A stretch of 34,743 nucleotides of DNA, taken from an uncultured archaeon. GTDB taxonomy: Archaea > Asgardarchaeota > Lokiarchaeia > Sigyniarchaeales > SOKP01. This document shows, piece after piece, positions 19,137 through 29,027 of the stretch. The stretch spans positions 1 to 34,743 of the forward strand of contig CAZBPC010000027.1 in assembly GCA_964493715.1 (NCBI GenBank), written 5' to 3'. Under the pieces are notes generated by a model. That model was not told where the DNA came from and did no database searches. It saw nothing but the letters and a program-made list of their open reading frames with translations. Every line of letters begins with the position of its first letter. Position 1 is the first letter of the stretch. The position numbers and the translations under genes are program-made.

Positions 19137-19447
19137 AAACATAGTAATATCGGGGTTTTTATTGAAGGTAAACTCATAAGAAATGCTAGTACTTTTTTAT
19201 AAAATATTTATAAGCAAAATGAACAGTAATATCAAATCAAAAAATTATTATTTGGATTTTAATCTCATTTTTTTATTTATATCACGTAAACTTACCAATA
19301 ATTCGATTTCAAATAGTGATTATGTAAATGAATGGATGAGTGTGCTATAACCTTACTCTTTAAGAATTAACTTTTCAAAATGAACTCAACCTAAGTTTAA
19401 TACCGATTGCTTCATTAAATTTCATTAAGGGATTTTTTAAAAATGAA

Positions 19448-20713
19448 GTGATTGAAGTGATAGATGAAAAATATAACAATTACATGTATGAATTTATAGA
19501 AAAGATATGTACTGATATTGGTCCAAGAGAATCGGGTACACAACAAGAATTAGAAGCGGGTGACATTATAGAACAAGAGCTAAAACAAATTTGTGTTGAG
19601 ACTCATCAAGAAGAATATGTAAGTAGTCCTCATGCTTTTTTAGGAGGGATTCGCTACGGGGCATTAATAGTATGCGTGTCAATAATTTTATACTGGATGA
19701 GCTTATTAATTGATATGAATATTATTCCACTCCATTACGAGTATAGCGGTGTTTTCTTATTTATTGCTATAATATTGATTATCATTACAATAAGCTATTT
19801 TATCCTTGAGGTTATGAAGTATCATGAAACTTATGATTTCTTATTTCCAAAGAGAAAATCAAGAAATGTGATTGGAACTATAGAACCCAAAGGAGAAACC
19901 AAGCACACCCTAATTTTCTCTGCTCATCACGATTCAGCATTTGAATTTAACACGTTCTATTATTTGAAGCGTTTTGGTCAGATTATTATCAACGTAGGGT
20001 ACATCGCAGTAGGAATTACCTTAATAGGAATTTTATTGAAATTTATATTTTTTCTATTAATGATTGACTTTCCACTCCTATTTATCATCTTTGGAATTAT
20101 TTTCATATGCTTCTTACCTATAGTTGCAGTTTACGTTTTATTTCATAGTTATAAACCCGTATTGGGAGCATTTGATAACCTATCTGGAGTCGCCATTGTA
20201 TTAGGAATTGGTAAATTCTTGTCTGAACATAAAGATGATGAAAAAGTTTATCCCAAGCACACGAGAGTATTGTTAATTTCATTTGCAGGAGAAGAAGCTG
20301 GTTTAAGAGGTGCGAAACGTTATGTAAGGGCGCATTACGAAGAATTAAAGAATAATGGGACGATTCTTGTAAATATGGACGGTATTGCTAAAAAAGATAC
20401 ATTTGTGATTATCGATAAAGAACCTGGCATTGGAACAAAACACGATCCAATGATTTATCAACCAATTTATGAAATGGCACGAGAAATCAATCCTAAAGCA
20501 AAAATTGCCTCATTATCATTTGGAGCAACCGACGCAGCTGCTTTTAGTAAAAAGAGCATACCTGCCGCTTCACTTGGAGGTTTAGATCTTGGATCGGAAT
20601 TAGCGCCTTACTATCATACTCGATTTGACACTCCCGATGTAATTGAAAAAGAAGCTCTGGGGCAAATGGCAGAACTTTGTTTGAAATATTTAAAGAAAAT
20701 TGATAATGAATAA
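19448..20713 (+). CDS. M28-family zinc peptidase with inserted transmembrane helices
   Basis: IGPRESGT, SAHHDS, GAFDNLSGV, GEEAGLRG, NMD, TDA, YHT..D metal-ligand motifs; two pairs of TM helices. Confidence 0.9.
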   Translation: MIEVIDEKYNNYMYEFIEKICTDIGPRESGTQQELEAGDIIEQELKQICVETHQEEYVSSPHAFLGGIRYGALIVCVSIILYWMSLLIDMNIIPLHYEYSGVFLFIAIILIIITISYFILEVMKYHETYDFLFPKRKSRNVIGTIEPKGETKHTLIFSAHHDSAFEFNTFYYLKRFGQIIINVGYIAVGITLIGILLKFIFFLLMIDFPLLFIIFGIIFICFLPIVAVYVLFHSYKPVLGAFDNLSGVAIVLGIGKFLSEHKDDEKVYPKHTRVLLISFAGEEAGLRGAKRYVRAHYEELKNNGTILVNMDGIAKKDTFVIIDKEPGIGTKHDPMIYQPIYEMAREINPKAKIASLSFGATDAAAFSKKSIPAASLGGLDLGSELAPYYHTRFDTPDVIEKEALGQMAELCLKYLKKIDNE

Positions 20714-20731
20714 ACATAATTATTTTCTATT

Positions 20732-21133
20732 CTATTTTTTTTTCCGTAGTTCTAAAAGTAATATTATTTTTCTAATGTAGCTGTCCATATCATCTAATAT
20801 CTTTTTCGTTTCTGAATTCTCATTTACAAACAGAACTATAAAGGTTTCATCGCTACACTCCAGTATTATGATGATTTGAGATTCGAGTTCAGTTATTATC
20901 TTTTTGAGTTTTAAACCCCCAGATGATTTACCCAAACTTGAAGCACTTTCTAAAACTGATGCACACATCGAAGAAAATACGGATTTGTCTAACGGAATGT
21001 CTAAATTTTCGGTAATCAAACTCCCTTCCTTATAAGAAAAGACGACTCCATTTAAATTTCCATATTTTTTGATTTCATCTATTATATGCTTAATTTCCCT
21101 ATCTTTTTGCTGTTCTGGAGATATTTTTGACAT
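20732..21133 (-). CDS. Roadblock/LC7 domain protein (divergent)
   Basis: Helix, GVVFSYKEGSLI strand pair, FSSMCASVLESASSLG helix, three strands and final helix: roadblock topology; 133 aa. Confidence 0.8.
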   Translation of the reverse strand: MSKISPEQQKDREIKHIIDEIKKYGNLNGVVFSYKEGSLITENLDIPLDKSVFSSMCASVLESASSLGKSSGGLKLKKIITELESQIIIILECSDETFIVLFVNENSETKKILDDMDSYIRKIILLLELRKKK

Positions 21134-21190
21134 TTTAATCTCTCAATTTTGATAAATAATTTAATTAATCCGCTTATAAATTTTTATTAT

Positions 21191-22606
21191 ATGAGATTGC
21201 ATGACTTGGAAACAGAACAAATAATCAATGATTCAAATAAACATTTTATAGAAGAAGAACTTATTCCTTTTCTAAAAATTCCAAGTACAACATCAAATCC
21301 AGAAGGAATTTCTAATGCAAGAGATTTCTTGAAGTCATATATTTCTAATCTGAGCGAAAAAACGATTGATGTTCCCGGAATTATTAATCCTCTCACTTTT
21401 TCATGGATTAAAGGTCAAAGCACGGATTTTTTATTGATTTATATGATGTATGATACTCAACCAGTTCATAAAAGTGATAAATGGATAGTGGATCCATTTG
21501 GTGGGGAAATTACAACCTTAAAAAATCCTTTGGATATTTTAGGAGATTGTATAATCACAAGGGGAGCCTATAATTCTAAGACTCCATTGATGTGTTTTCT
21601 AAATATATTGAAAATCATGAAACAAAGAGAAGAGTTGCCAATCTCTCTCTTGTTAGCTTTTGATAGTGAAGAGGAACAAGGATCTCCCACATTATTAAGA
21701 CTGCTTCGCACAAAAAAAGAACTATTCCATGATTGCATAGACGCTTATTATCCTGCCATGAAACAGGAACTCAATGGAATTGCCGTTTTAAAGTTAGGAT
21801 ATAAAGGGATCCTATCATTAACCATCAAAGCAAGTACTAATAATAATGAAGTTCATTCTTCATTTGGATCAATGATTCCTAACCCTATTAACGATCTAAT
21901 TTCAATTCTCAACTCAATATTCGTTGATGGCAAATTTAAAATTGATTCCCTTAAGGAACCTTATAAAATTAACCGGGAAGAACGTGAATTAATGGATAAA
22001 CTAAGTAACAAAACATCTCTTATTGCTGTCAAGAAAAAAAGAGGTATAAAACAAACACTCCAAGCCAATAATGAAAAATCATTTTACGATTATTTATTCA
22101 ACCCAAGCTTTAATATCTCTACAATAAAATCAGGATTTTTAGGTGGAGGAATCAAAAACGTGGTCCCTAATTATGCAGAGTGTAATATTGATATTAGATT
22201 TGCCCACAACATAAAAATTCAAACGATTTATCAAGAGATTGAAAAGATTGTGGATAATTATAACAAAAATTCCTTTTCTCGCATTGAATTGATAAAGAAC
22301 ATTGGTTATGAAGGGTCTCGTGTTAAAAAAGAAACAAATTTAATTTTAAGCATGCATAAAAGTTGCGAATTATTAGGGGTTAAATATGAAGATTGGCCCT
22401 TAAGCGCTGCTGCAGCTCCTCTTAGCAGCATACAAAATGAGTTAGGATTAAATTTTGTTGTTGGAGGACTAGGCATTGGAGGAAATGCCCATGCGCTTAA
22501 TGAATTTGTTCAAATTGAATCAGTATTAAATGCTCGTAGGTTTATTTACTTCTTTTTACAATTATATGCTAAATTTAATAAAAAGGAAGAACTTAATATG
22601 AAGTAA
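21191..22606 (+). CDS. M20-family peptidase/amidohydrolase with atypical metal ligands
   Basis: FLKIPS, YMMYDTQP, W..DPF, RGAYNSK, EEEQGS, LGYKG, HS, CNIDIR, NAHALNE. ATG 21191 preferred over TTG 21149. Overlaps the convergent gene by 14 nt. Confidence 0.85.
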   Translation: MRLHDLETEQIINDSNKHFIEEELIPFLKIPSTTSNPEGISNARDFLKSYISNLSEKTIDVPGIINPLTFSWIKGQSTDFLLIYMMYDTQPVHKSDKWIVDPFGGEITTLKNPLDILGDCIITRGAYNSKTPLMCFLNILKIMKQREELPISLLLAFDSEEEQGSPTLLRLLRTKKELFHDCIDAYYPAMKQELNGIAVLKLGYKGILSLTIKASTNNNEVHSSFGSMIPNPINDLISILNSIFVDGKFKIDSLKEPYKINREERELMDKLSNKTSLIAVKKKRGIKQTLQANNEKSFYDYLFNPSFNISTIKSGFLGGGIKNVVPNYAECNIDIRFAHNIKIQTIYQEIEKIVDNYNKNSFSRIELIKNIGYEGSRVKKETNLILSMHKSCELLGVKYEDWPLSAAAAPLSSIQNELGLNFVVGGLGIGGNAHALNEFVQIESVLNARRFIYFFLQLYAKFNKKEELNMK

Positions 22607-23756
22607 AAAGTCCTTTAAATCCTCTTGCCTTGCTATCAATAGCTTGATGGGGACATATCTCTAAACAACATAAACATGATATGCAAACTTTTTTATTAAA
22701 TACGGGAAATTCACCATCCACAAAATCAATAGCATGTGCAGGACATACTTCTGAACACATTCCGCATTTTTTACACTTCTTTTCTGTCATGATAGGGACT
22801 TTTTTTGTCACCTTGTAAATGAAGCCCCCAGTTATTAAGCTTGCAATTCTAGACATTGTTTTTCGAGGCATCTTGAACTTAGGAGCTATTTTTTTTGCTT
22901 CTTCAAGTGAAATACCTACAATTTCTATATTTTCAAGATCTCCAATACCTAAATTTCTATTATATGCAGATTTTAGATGAGGAACAAAATTTAACCCCTT
23001 GAATTTCCCAATGGCAAGTGCAACGACATCTAAAGCTAACTCATCCGTTCCGACCAATATTAAATTCCATTCTTTCATGGGACCAGATACGGGACCCATA
23101 GAACCATACATTACCCTTTCTAAATCGTAAACTGTTAATCGAAAGGGTTTATTTTGAATTACCCAAGCATAATTATCTGCTAGTGTATCCCCAAATTGAG
23201 ATGGAGTTTTTCCTAAGAGGTGAAATTTAGCTTTAAGACCTCCAGGAATGATCCCCCAATAATTCTTGATAGCGCCAGTTATTGTAGCTTCTCCATGAGT
23301 TTTTAATTTAGGTAAATTAATTAATAAATCACAATCTTTTACAGGTTTTGAAACATAAAAATCTTTTAAAGTAATTGCGCCATCAATTGTTTCATGAACG
23401 GGAACTTCTTTCTCAAAATCAACAAATTTAACCCCTCTTTTTTCTGCTACCTCATAAATTCCTACTTTTTTTGCAATGTTGGATGCAGAAGTTTTAATTT
23501 GACCTGGAGAGTCTCCAATGCTTACATTTTCCATGTTTATACCCTTTTTCGTAAGGTATGATAATACTCCATCTATAAAAGAAGGTTGGGTGCAAGCATC
23601 CTCGGTTGCTCTTAATAAATTCGGCTTTAATAAAATATTACTTAATTCAGGAAGTTTGAACTTGAAATTATCTTCAATGAGTTCAATCCCTTTAATAATT
23701 GCTTCTTGAATATTTTTATAATCTTTTATATGGATGATACTAATCTTGGTAGTCAT
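22593..23756 (-). CDS. DUF362 domain protein with C-terminal 2x[4Fe-4S] ferredoxin domain
   Basis: ILLKPN, GDSP, INLPKLKTH, TGAIKN, ALD; CKKCGMCSEVCP and CISCLCCLEICP. Confidence 0.9.
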   Translation of the reverse strand: MTTKISIIHIKDYKNIQEAIIKGIELIEDNFKFKLPELSNILLKPNLLRATEDACTQPSFIDGVLSYLTKKGINMENVSIGDSPGQIKTSASNIAKKVGIYEVAEKRGVKFVDFEKEVPVHETIDGAITLKDFYVSKPVKDCDLLINLPKLKTHGEATITGAIKNYWGIIPGGLKAKFHLLGKTPSQFGDTLADNYAWVIQNKPFRLTVYDLERVMYGSMGPVSGPMKEWNLILVGTDELALDVVALAIGKFKGLNFVPHLKSAYNRNLGIGDLENIEIVGISLEEAKKIAPKFKMPRKTMSRIASLITGGFIYKVTKKVPIMTEKKCKKCGMCSEVCPAHAIDFVDGEFPVFNKKVCISCLCCLEICPHQAIDSKARGFKGLFTSY

Positions 23757-23970
23757 CTTTAGTCTCCCATAAGATATCTCATTCTTTTAATATTACTTGT
23801 ATATATGAAAATTGTATTATTTAATTTCGGAAATAAAAAAAAGTAATTTGTGTTTTCGAATGATTTTTAAAAAGCTATTTTTATATTATTCATATTAAGT
23901 TAATAAATTGTGAAAATATTACTAAACAATCCAATACTAACATTAATACGATTGAGACGTGATAATAAAA

Positions 23971-24525
23971 ATGATTGCTGGAAGCGATGAGAAAAGCGAT
24001 TTAATGTTCAAAATTTGCCTTTTTGGGGATGGAGGGGTTGGAAAAACAACACTAGTGAATCGCTATCTTACAGGAGTCTTTAAAACTGATAGCTCTATAA
24101 CCATCGGAGTAGATTTTCATATTAAGAAAATGAAAGTGGAAGGTTATAACATGACTTTACAAATCTGGGATTTTGCTGGAGAGGAGAGATTTAGGTTTCT
24201 ATTACCAAGCTATGTACTTGGTGCCTCTGGGGGGATATTTATGTATGATATAACAAGATATTCTAGCATGAAAAATTTTGAGGATTGGATTGAAATATTC
24301 AAACGTGGGCTTAGAGGAGAACAAAAGCAATTACCCGTTATCATGGTTGGGGGAAAATTGGATTTGCATTTTAAAAGAGCTGTTTCAAGTAAGGATGCTT
24401 TTAATATCGCTAAAAAACACAAGCTTTATGGATTTGTTGAATGTTCTTCTAAAGATGGTCGAAACATCGATGATATCTTTTATGAATTGGCAAGATTAAT
24501 GATGCAACGTATAGAAATCATATAA
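23971..24525 (+). CDS. Ras-superfamily small GTPase, Rab-like
   Basis: FKICLFGDGGVGKT (G1), TIGVDF (G2/RabF1), LQIWDFAGEERF (G3), YDIT, VGGKLD (G4 variant), ECSSK (G5). No C-terminal Cys. ATG 23971 or GTG 23959. Confidence 0.95.
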   Translation: MIAGSDEKSDLMFKICLFGDGGVGKTTLVNRYLTGVFKTDSSITIGVDFHIKKMKVEGYNMTLQIWDFAGEERFRFLLPSYVLGASGGIFMYDITRYSSMKNFEDWIEIFKRGLRGEQKQLPVIMVGGKLDLHFKRAVSSKDAFNIAKKHKLYGFVECSSKDGRNIDDIFYELARLMMQRIEII

Positions 24526-24577
24526 AATTTCCATTAAACGTTACACTGATTAAAGAAGAAATTACTTTGCTCTTTCT

Positions 24578-24907
24578 CTATGTCATTTCTCCCTTGTTAA
24601 TTAAATTGAGCAAGTAAGAAGCATGCAAATTTTTATTCGCAATATAGTAATGCTCTCGCTCATCATTTTTTGATTTTCTATTAACTAATTCAAAAATGAG
24701 GACTTCTTGATTTTCATCAATACTAAACTTATAGGAATATATAATTATTCGATCTGATAAATATTCAACATTTTTATTATGGGATTGTGCAGTTATGATT
24801 TCAGATGCAAGTTCTATTGCGAAGGTTTCATTTTTATCTCCAATTAAGAGTTCGATTTCTCCAATACAATCAGAATTCTCCATTTTTTCTAATTTAGATT
24901 TTTCCAC
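24578..24907 (-). CDS. Hypothetical protein
   Basis: 109-aa acidic ORF, GTG start with GGAGG upstream. Confidence 0.6.
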   Translation of the reverse strand: MEKSKLEKMENSDCIGEIELLIGDKNETFAIELASEIITAQSHNKNVEYLSDRIIIYSYKFSIDENQEVLIFELVNRKSKNDEREHYYIANKNLHASYLLNLINKGEMT

Positions 24908-25056
24908 CTTGAGACAACCTCCTAATACTAGTTCTATTAATTGAAAATATAATTTACAATAAATACATAATCATAATGAATTATAAAAAAATGTAAAAAC
25001 TCGTAATTCCGTGTTAATCAAGAATACAAAAAAAGTCAAATCATAGATAACAAAGA

Positions 25057-25896
25057 TTAGTGTTTTTTTTCAAAAATTGCATCTAAATTTTCAATAATCA
25101 TATTTGGGAGAAGATCTTTGTTAATATCAGGATCTTTTTTTATATCTTTCATCATCTTAGCTGATGTAACTCCAGTTAGAACAAGTATAGTCGTCACTCC
25201 CGCTCGATTTCCGGCCATGATATCGGTATTCAAACGATCACCAAACATTAAAGCATGTTTTGGTGAGATATCATGTTCATGTAAAATTAGCTCAATACCA
25301 GTAGGTTGAGGTTTTCCAAAAATAGATAGAGGTTTTATCCCCGTGCATATTTCTAACGCTTTTACCATTACTCCTGCCCCAGGTAATAATCGATTTTTTG
25401 CGGGTAATGTGGCATCATCATTCGTGGCATAAAAAAGAGCATTTCCTTCCAAGATGCATCTTTGAGCAATAGCTAATTCTTGGTAATTAAATTCTCTATC
25501 TAATCCAACAACTACAAAATCAACATTTGAATACTCTAACTCTGATGCGATAATTTTATGCCCTTTAGCTTTTAGTTCATCACGTAACCCTATTTCACCA
25601 ATTACAAATATATTCGAATTTGGTTTAATACGAGTAATTTCTTCTGCCGTTATTGACGCACTCGTGTAAAAATCAGAAGTTTTACATGAAATATTAAATG
25701 TTTTTAAAAGATCAGCATACATTTGCCGAGTTGCAGTCGAGTTGTTTGAATTATAAGCGATCTTTATTGATTGGTCCTTTAAGCGTTGAATATTTTTGTC
25801 TACATTTGGAATTAAATCTATTCCCCTATAGATAACTCCATCTAAATCAAAAATGGCAATTTTCGTCCCTTGTAATTCGTTAATTAATTCTGACAT
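25057..25896 (-). CDS. HAD-superfamily subfamily IIA hydrolase (NagD-like phosphatase)
   Basis: FDLDGVIY, SNNS, ATNDD, PGAG, GKP, MFGDRLNTDI.AG, LVLTGVT. Confidence 0.93.
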   Translation of the reverse strand: MSELINELQGTKIAIFDLDGVIYRGIDLIPNVDKNIQRLKDQSIKIAYNSNNSTATRQMYADLLKTFNISCKTSDFYTSASITAEEITRIKPNSNIFVIGEIGLRDELKAKGHKIIASELEYSNVDFVVVGLDREFNYQELAIAQRCILEGNALFYATNDDATLPAKNRLLPGAGVMVKALEICTGIKPLSIFGKPQPTGIELILHEHDISPKHALMFGDRLNTDIMAGNRAGVTTILVLTGVTSAKMMKDIKKDPDINKDLLPNMIIENLDAIFEKKH

Positions 25897-25960
25897 AGTA
25901 TTAAATTTACTAAATTATTATTTACTAAAGTATTCTTAATTCTATTTGAAATGATTAATA

Positions 25961-27097
25961 TTACCATCCTACTGGTAATTGTAAAATTGCTATGAAGAAT
26001 TGAATCCCAATAGGAATTAGTATAGGATTTAAAATGTTATCGGCAGTATATTTCGGATAGTAATCTGTTATGAAAAATATTATCGCTCCAATTAATGCAT
26101 AGATGGGACCTACAAAGATCAATCCGATGACATATGCAATCCCAACTCCCGCTATAAAGCCTTCAATCGATTTTGTTTCTTTACTTCTTACTTTTACTTT
26201 ATGTCTCCCGAAGCATCGTCCTATTAAAGCAGCGGCCGCATCAGATAAACATGCTATAAGTATCCCCGCAAAATACGCGGAAATATAAAGTAATCCCATC
26301 ATGTATAACATATAAGATAAAATGAAACCCACGATGATATAAATATGTGGTCCTGCAGCATTTCTCTCTTTTTCTCGCAACATTGAATGGGTTATAAAGT
26401 TAAAGAGGGAATATTCTGGACCCCACAATATGCGAAATATATCAGAAATGATTGCAAATACGAGAGCACCAATTAAAGCCATCATTGTCAAACCTACTAT
26501 AGCTTGAGGATCTCCGACTGTATATGGATACATTGATGAAGGACCCCACAGGACATTATAAGCAACACCGATGTCCTTTATCATTATGATTATCCCGTCG
26601 TTTATTAGTTGAGTGATAGGAGGAATGAATAAAAATCCATAATATGCAAACAAAATTAAAATACCCGATAAATGAAATGATTTTCTTATAATTTCCATTC
26701 TAATTGAAATTTCTTCTTCATAAGGATCATGTTGAGTCATCCTAATTATGTATCTCCTTAGGCGTGATATCACCTGCTCTTCGTCGATTTCTAGATCATT
26801 ACTCATTTTTTTAATATAACGTTTACTGATAATTGCGAATGTAATGTTTAAAATTAGAACCATAGCTATCCACCATACCATGTAACCATTATACGGAAAA
26901 GGAAAAAATAAAACGAGTGAATTATAATAACCAAAAATTATGAAACAAACACCACACACTGTCGTAGAAATAGCACCATAATGATTTTTTGCTCTTAAGC
27001 CTTTTGTGGCGATATAAAACATTACAAATCCTAAAATAAAAAAAGAAAACGATAAAGTGGTGTTATACAATCCCGCAACGATTTCCCAGAAATCCAT
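25961..27097 (-). CDS. CTP-dependent polyprenol/phytol/diacylglycerol kinase family (SEC59/DGK1/VTE5) membrane protein
   Basis: EIIRKSFHL, LREKER, SDAAAALIGRCFGRHK, KSIEGF, DNILNP; about three extra N-terminal TM helices. Confidence 0.85.
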   Translation of the reverse strand: MDFWEIVAGLYNTTLSFSFFILGFVMFYIATKGLRAKNHYGAISTTVCGVCFIIFGYYNSLVLFFPFPYNGYMVWWIAMVLILNITFAIISKRYIKKMSNDLEIDEEQVISRLRRYIIRMTQHDPYEEEISIRMEIIRKSFHLSGILILFAYYGFLFIPPITQLINDGIIIMIKDIGVAYNVLWGPSSMYPYTVGDPQAIVGLTMMALIGALVFAIISDIFRILWGPEYSLFNFITHSMLREKERNAAGPHIYIIVGFILSYMLYMMGLLYISAYFAGILIACLSDAAAALIGRCFGRHKVKVRSKETKSIEGFIAGVGIAYVIGLIFVGPIYALIGAIIFFITDYYPKYTADNILNPILIPIGIQFFIAILQLPVGW

Positions 27098-27183
27098 GAT
27101 AAGAAAGTTTACTTGTAATATTGATTATTAAAATAATTTAATATCAATTAATTATTCTTAGATTTTCTCTTATTTAATTATAA

Positions 27184-27199
27184 TGTCAATCCTTTGACA
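27184..27199. promoter_or_regulatory. Candidate operator, inverted repeat TGTCAA-N4-TTGACA
   Basis: Perfect 6-bp arms in the divergent intergenic region, directly before a TATA-like AATATAAAA. Confidence 0.3.
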
Positions 27200-27354
27200 A
27201 ATATAAAAAAATCCTAGTGAAATCTTTTTAGAATTTTTACCTTACCTAAGTGTAATAAGATGGCAATGAAAAAATAACTAAAATTGTAAAAATAATGATT
27301 CATATGATTATTTAGTAAATAGTTTTAGAAATCAAGAATTATTGGGGGAAAGAT

Positions 27355-28947
27355 GTGGAACTAAATGAAATTTTTGCTCATTATTCAAAAATGATGACTT
27401 TTGAACGCTTATTCGTGAGAGATATTGCAATCTCTGGATTAAGATTTATTCAATTTTTATTATCGTTCATTTTTTCCTCAATCTCAATAAACTTCATAGT
27501 TGCCTACATAATTAATTTCAACCCAGAAGATATTTTATATGATATGAATAGTTTGATTATTGTCCTCACGATTTTTGTAGCCCTAGTTGTTGGAGGAACT
27601 GTCGTAGATTTTTTTAAAGATAGAAAGAAACTTTTGCTAATTTCTGCGGGAATTGTTGTTTTTGGGATGATTTTTGTAATTTTGGGTAGTTTCTTTAGTA
27701 TTATTGGTTTTATATTGACTACTTTTTTTACAGGCTTATTTTTAATTGATTTAATTACCATCATTATCCATGAATCTACTATTCTTAATCGTGGGAGACT
27801 ATTAGGGTATTTCTTTTTCTTCTCATTTATTATATCTCATGTAATTGTATCTCTCACTTTTGATGTAATTCTCATTATCCTAATCTTAGAGATTGTAATA
27901 ATATTAAGTTTAATTCGGATCTCTAAAGATTATTCGTATAAGGAAACAAAAGAAAGATTATTTTCTGAAAAAAAATTTACTGAAATAATAACAGGATCCC
28001 TAAATATTTCTGGTTACATGATCGCATTATTTACATTGGCGTTAGTATTAGGAAACTCTTTCCCAATCGAATTTGGATTTAATGTAATTACCCCAATATT
28101 TGTAATATTTTTTATCAGTTCATTCTTAATAATCGGAGTATCATTGGATAATTTAGGGCGAAAATGGACTTTTGCTGCGGGAATCTTGTTTATCTCATCA
28201 ATTATCCTTTTTTCAGGAGTTATAAATAATAAGGCAATTTTTGCTTCCATCTTCTTTGGAATTTCAATTCCTATCTCATTTATGATTATCTTTACCTTTT
28301 CTGGTGATTTTTCTACAGAGAGAAATACAATTAGATTCAGAGGAAGGATGACTTGTAGCTTCTTATTAATCTTCTTTGGAGGATTTGCTGCTGGGATTCT
28401 TTTTAATTTCTTAGTTTCACAAACTTATATTAAAAATCCCGTTTTTTTCTACTGGATCCCCGCTTTCCTTGAGGGACTTAGTCCCTTTATATTAATTGTT
28501 ATCCTGGTCTGGATAATACCCTTACCAGAGATATTGACTGCTAAAGAAGCTGATTGGAAAGATTCATTAAGAAACCTATATGTATTTAACAGCGCAGTGT
28601 GTTTCTTCACTCAAAATTTTACTTCTGGATCAAAAACTGATAATTTACCAAATGAAGATTTAATCACAGGAGGATTTTCTGGAATATTAGACTTACTTTC
28701 TGAGATTACAAATGAAGAAAAACAATTGCGTATTATCGATAAAGAAGGCGTAAAAATCTATTTTGCATATGGTAAATTTGTGATCATAGCTTTGGTATCA
28801 ACCAAGAGGTTACCAATTCTTTCTAAAAAATTAGAATTGTTTACCAAGGCATTTGAAAAAATGCATGAACATGATCTAATTTATTTTAAAGGTAAAATTA
28901 CCTCTTTTGAAGACGCTTCCGAACTTATTACTAAATATTTTAAATAA
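27355..28947 (+). CDS. MFS-like polytopic membrane protein fused to a C-terminal longin-like domain
   Basis: About 12 hydrophobic segments with MFS motif-A-like loops GTVVDFFKDRKK and GVSLDNLGRK, and E..RG loops (HESTILNRGR, DFSTE..FRGR). Soluble tail of about 130 aa: LYVFNS, EDLITGGFSGILDLLSEIT, LRIIDKEGVKIYFAYG, IIALVS, KLELFTKAFE. Confidence 0.7.
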   Translation: MELNEIFAHYSKMMTFERLFVRDIAISGLRFIQFLLSFIFSSISINFIVAYIINFNPEDILYDMNSLIIVLTIFVALVVGGTVVDFFKDRKKLLLISAGIVVFGMIFVILGSFFSIIGFILTTFFTGLFLIDLITIIIHESTILNRGRLLGYFFFFSFIISHVIVSLTFDVILIILILEIVIILSLIRISKDYSYKETKERLFSEKKFTEIITGSLNISGYMIALFTLALVLGNSFPIEFGFNVITPIFVIFFISSFLIIGVSLDNLGRKWTFAAGILFISSIILFSGVINNKAIFASIFFGISIPISFMIIFTFSGDFSTERNTIRFRGRMTCSFLLIFFGGFAAGILFNFLVSQTYIKNPVFFYWIPAFLEGLSPFILIVILVWIIPLPEILTAKEADWKDSLRNLYVFNSAVCFFTQNFTSGSKTDNLPNEDLITGGFSGILDLLSEITNEEKQLRIIDKEGVKIYFAYGKFVIIALVSTKRLPILSKKLELFTKAFEKMHEHDLIYFKGKITSFEDASELITKYFK

Positions 28948-29027
28948 GATTGCAGAGAATTGTCCATCGTAATATTTTCTTGTAAAAAGAGTAGTAATGA
29001 AATTTATATATAATTGCTATAAAAGAA

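Noticed and set aside
23971-24525. Eukaryotic contamination suggested by the Rab-like gene
   Set aside because: No introns, prokaryotic gene density, SD motifs and archaeal operon context; the GTPase lacks a prenylation tail.
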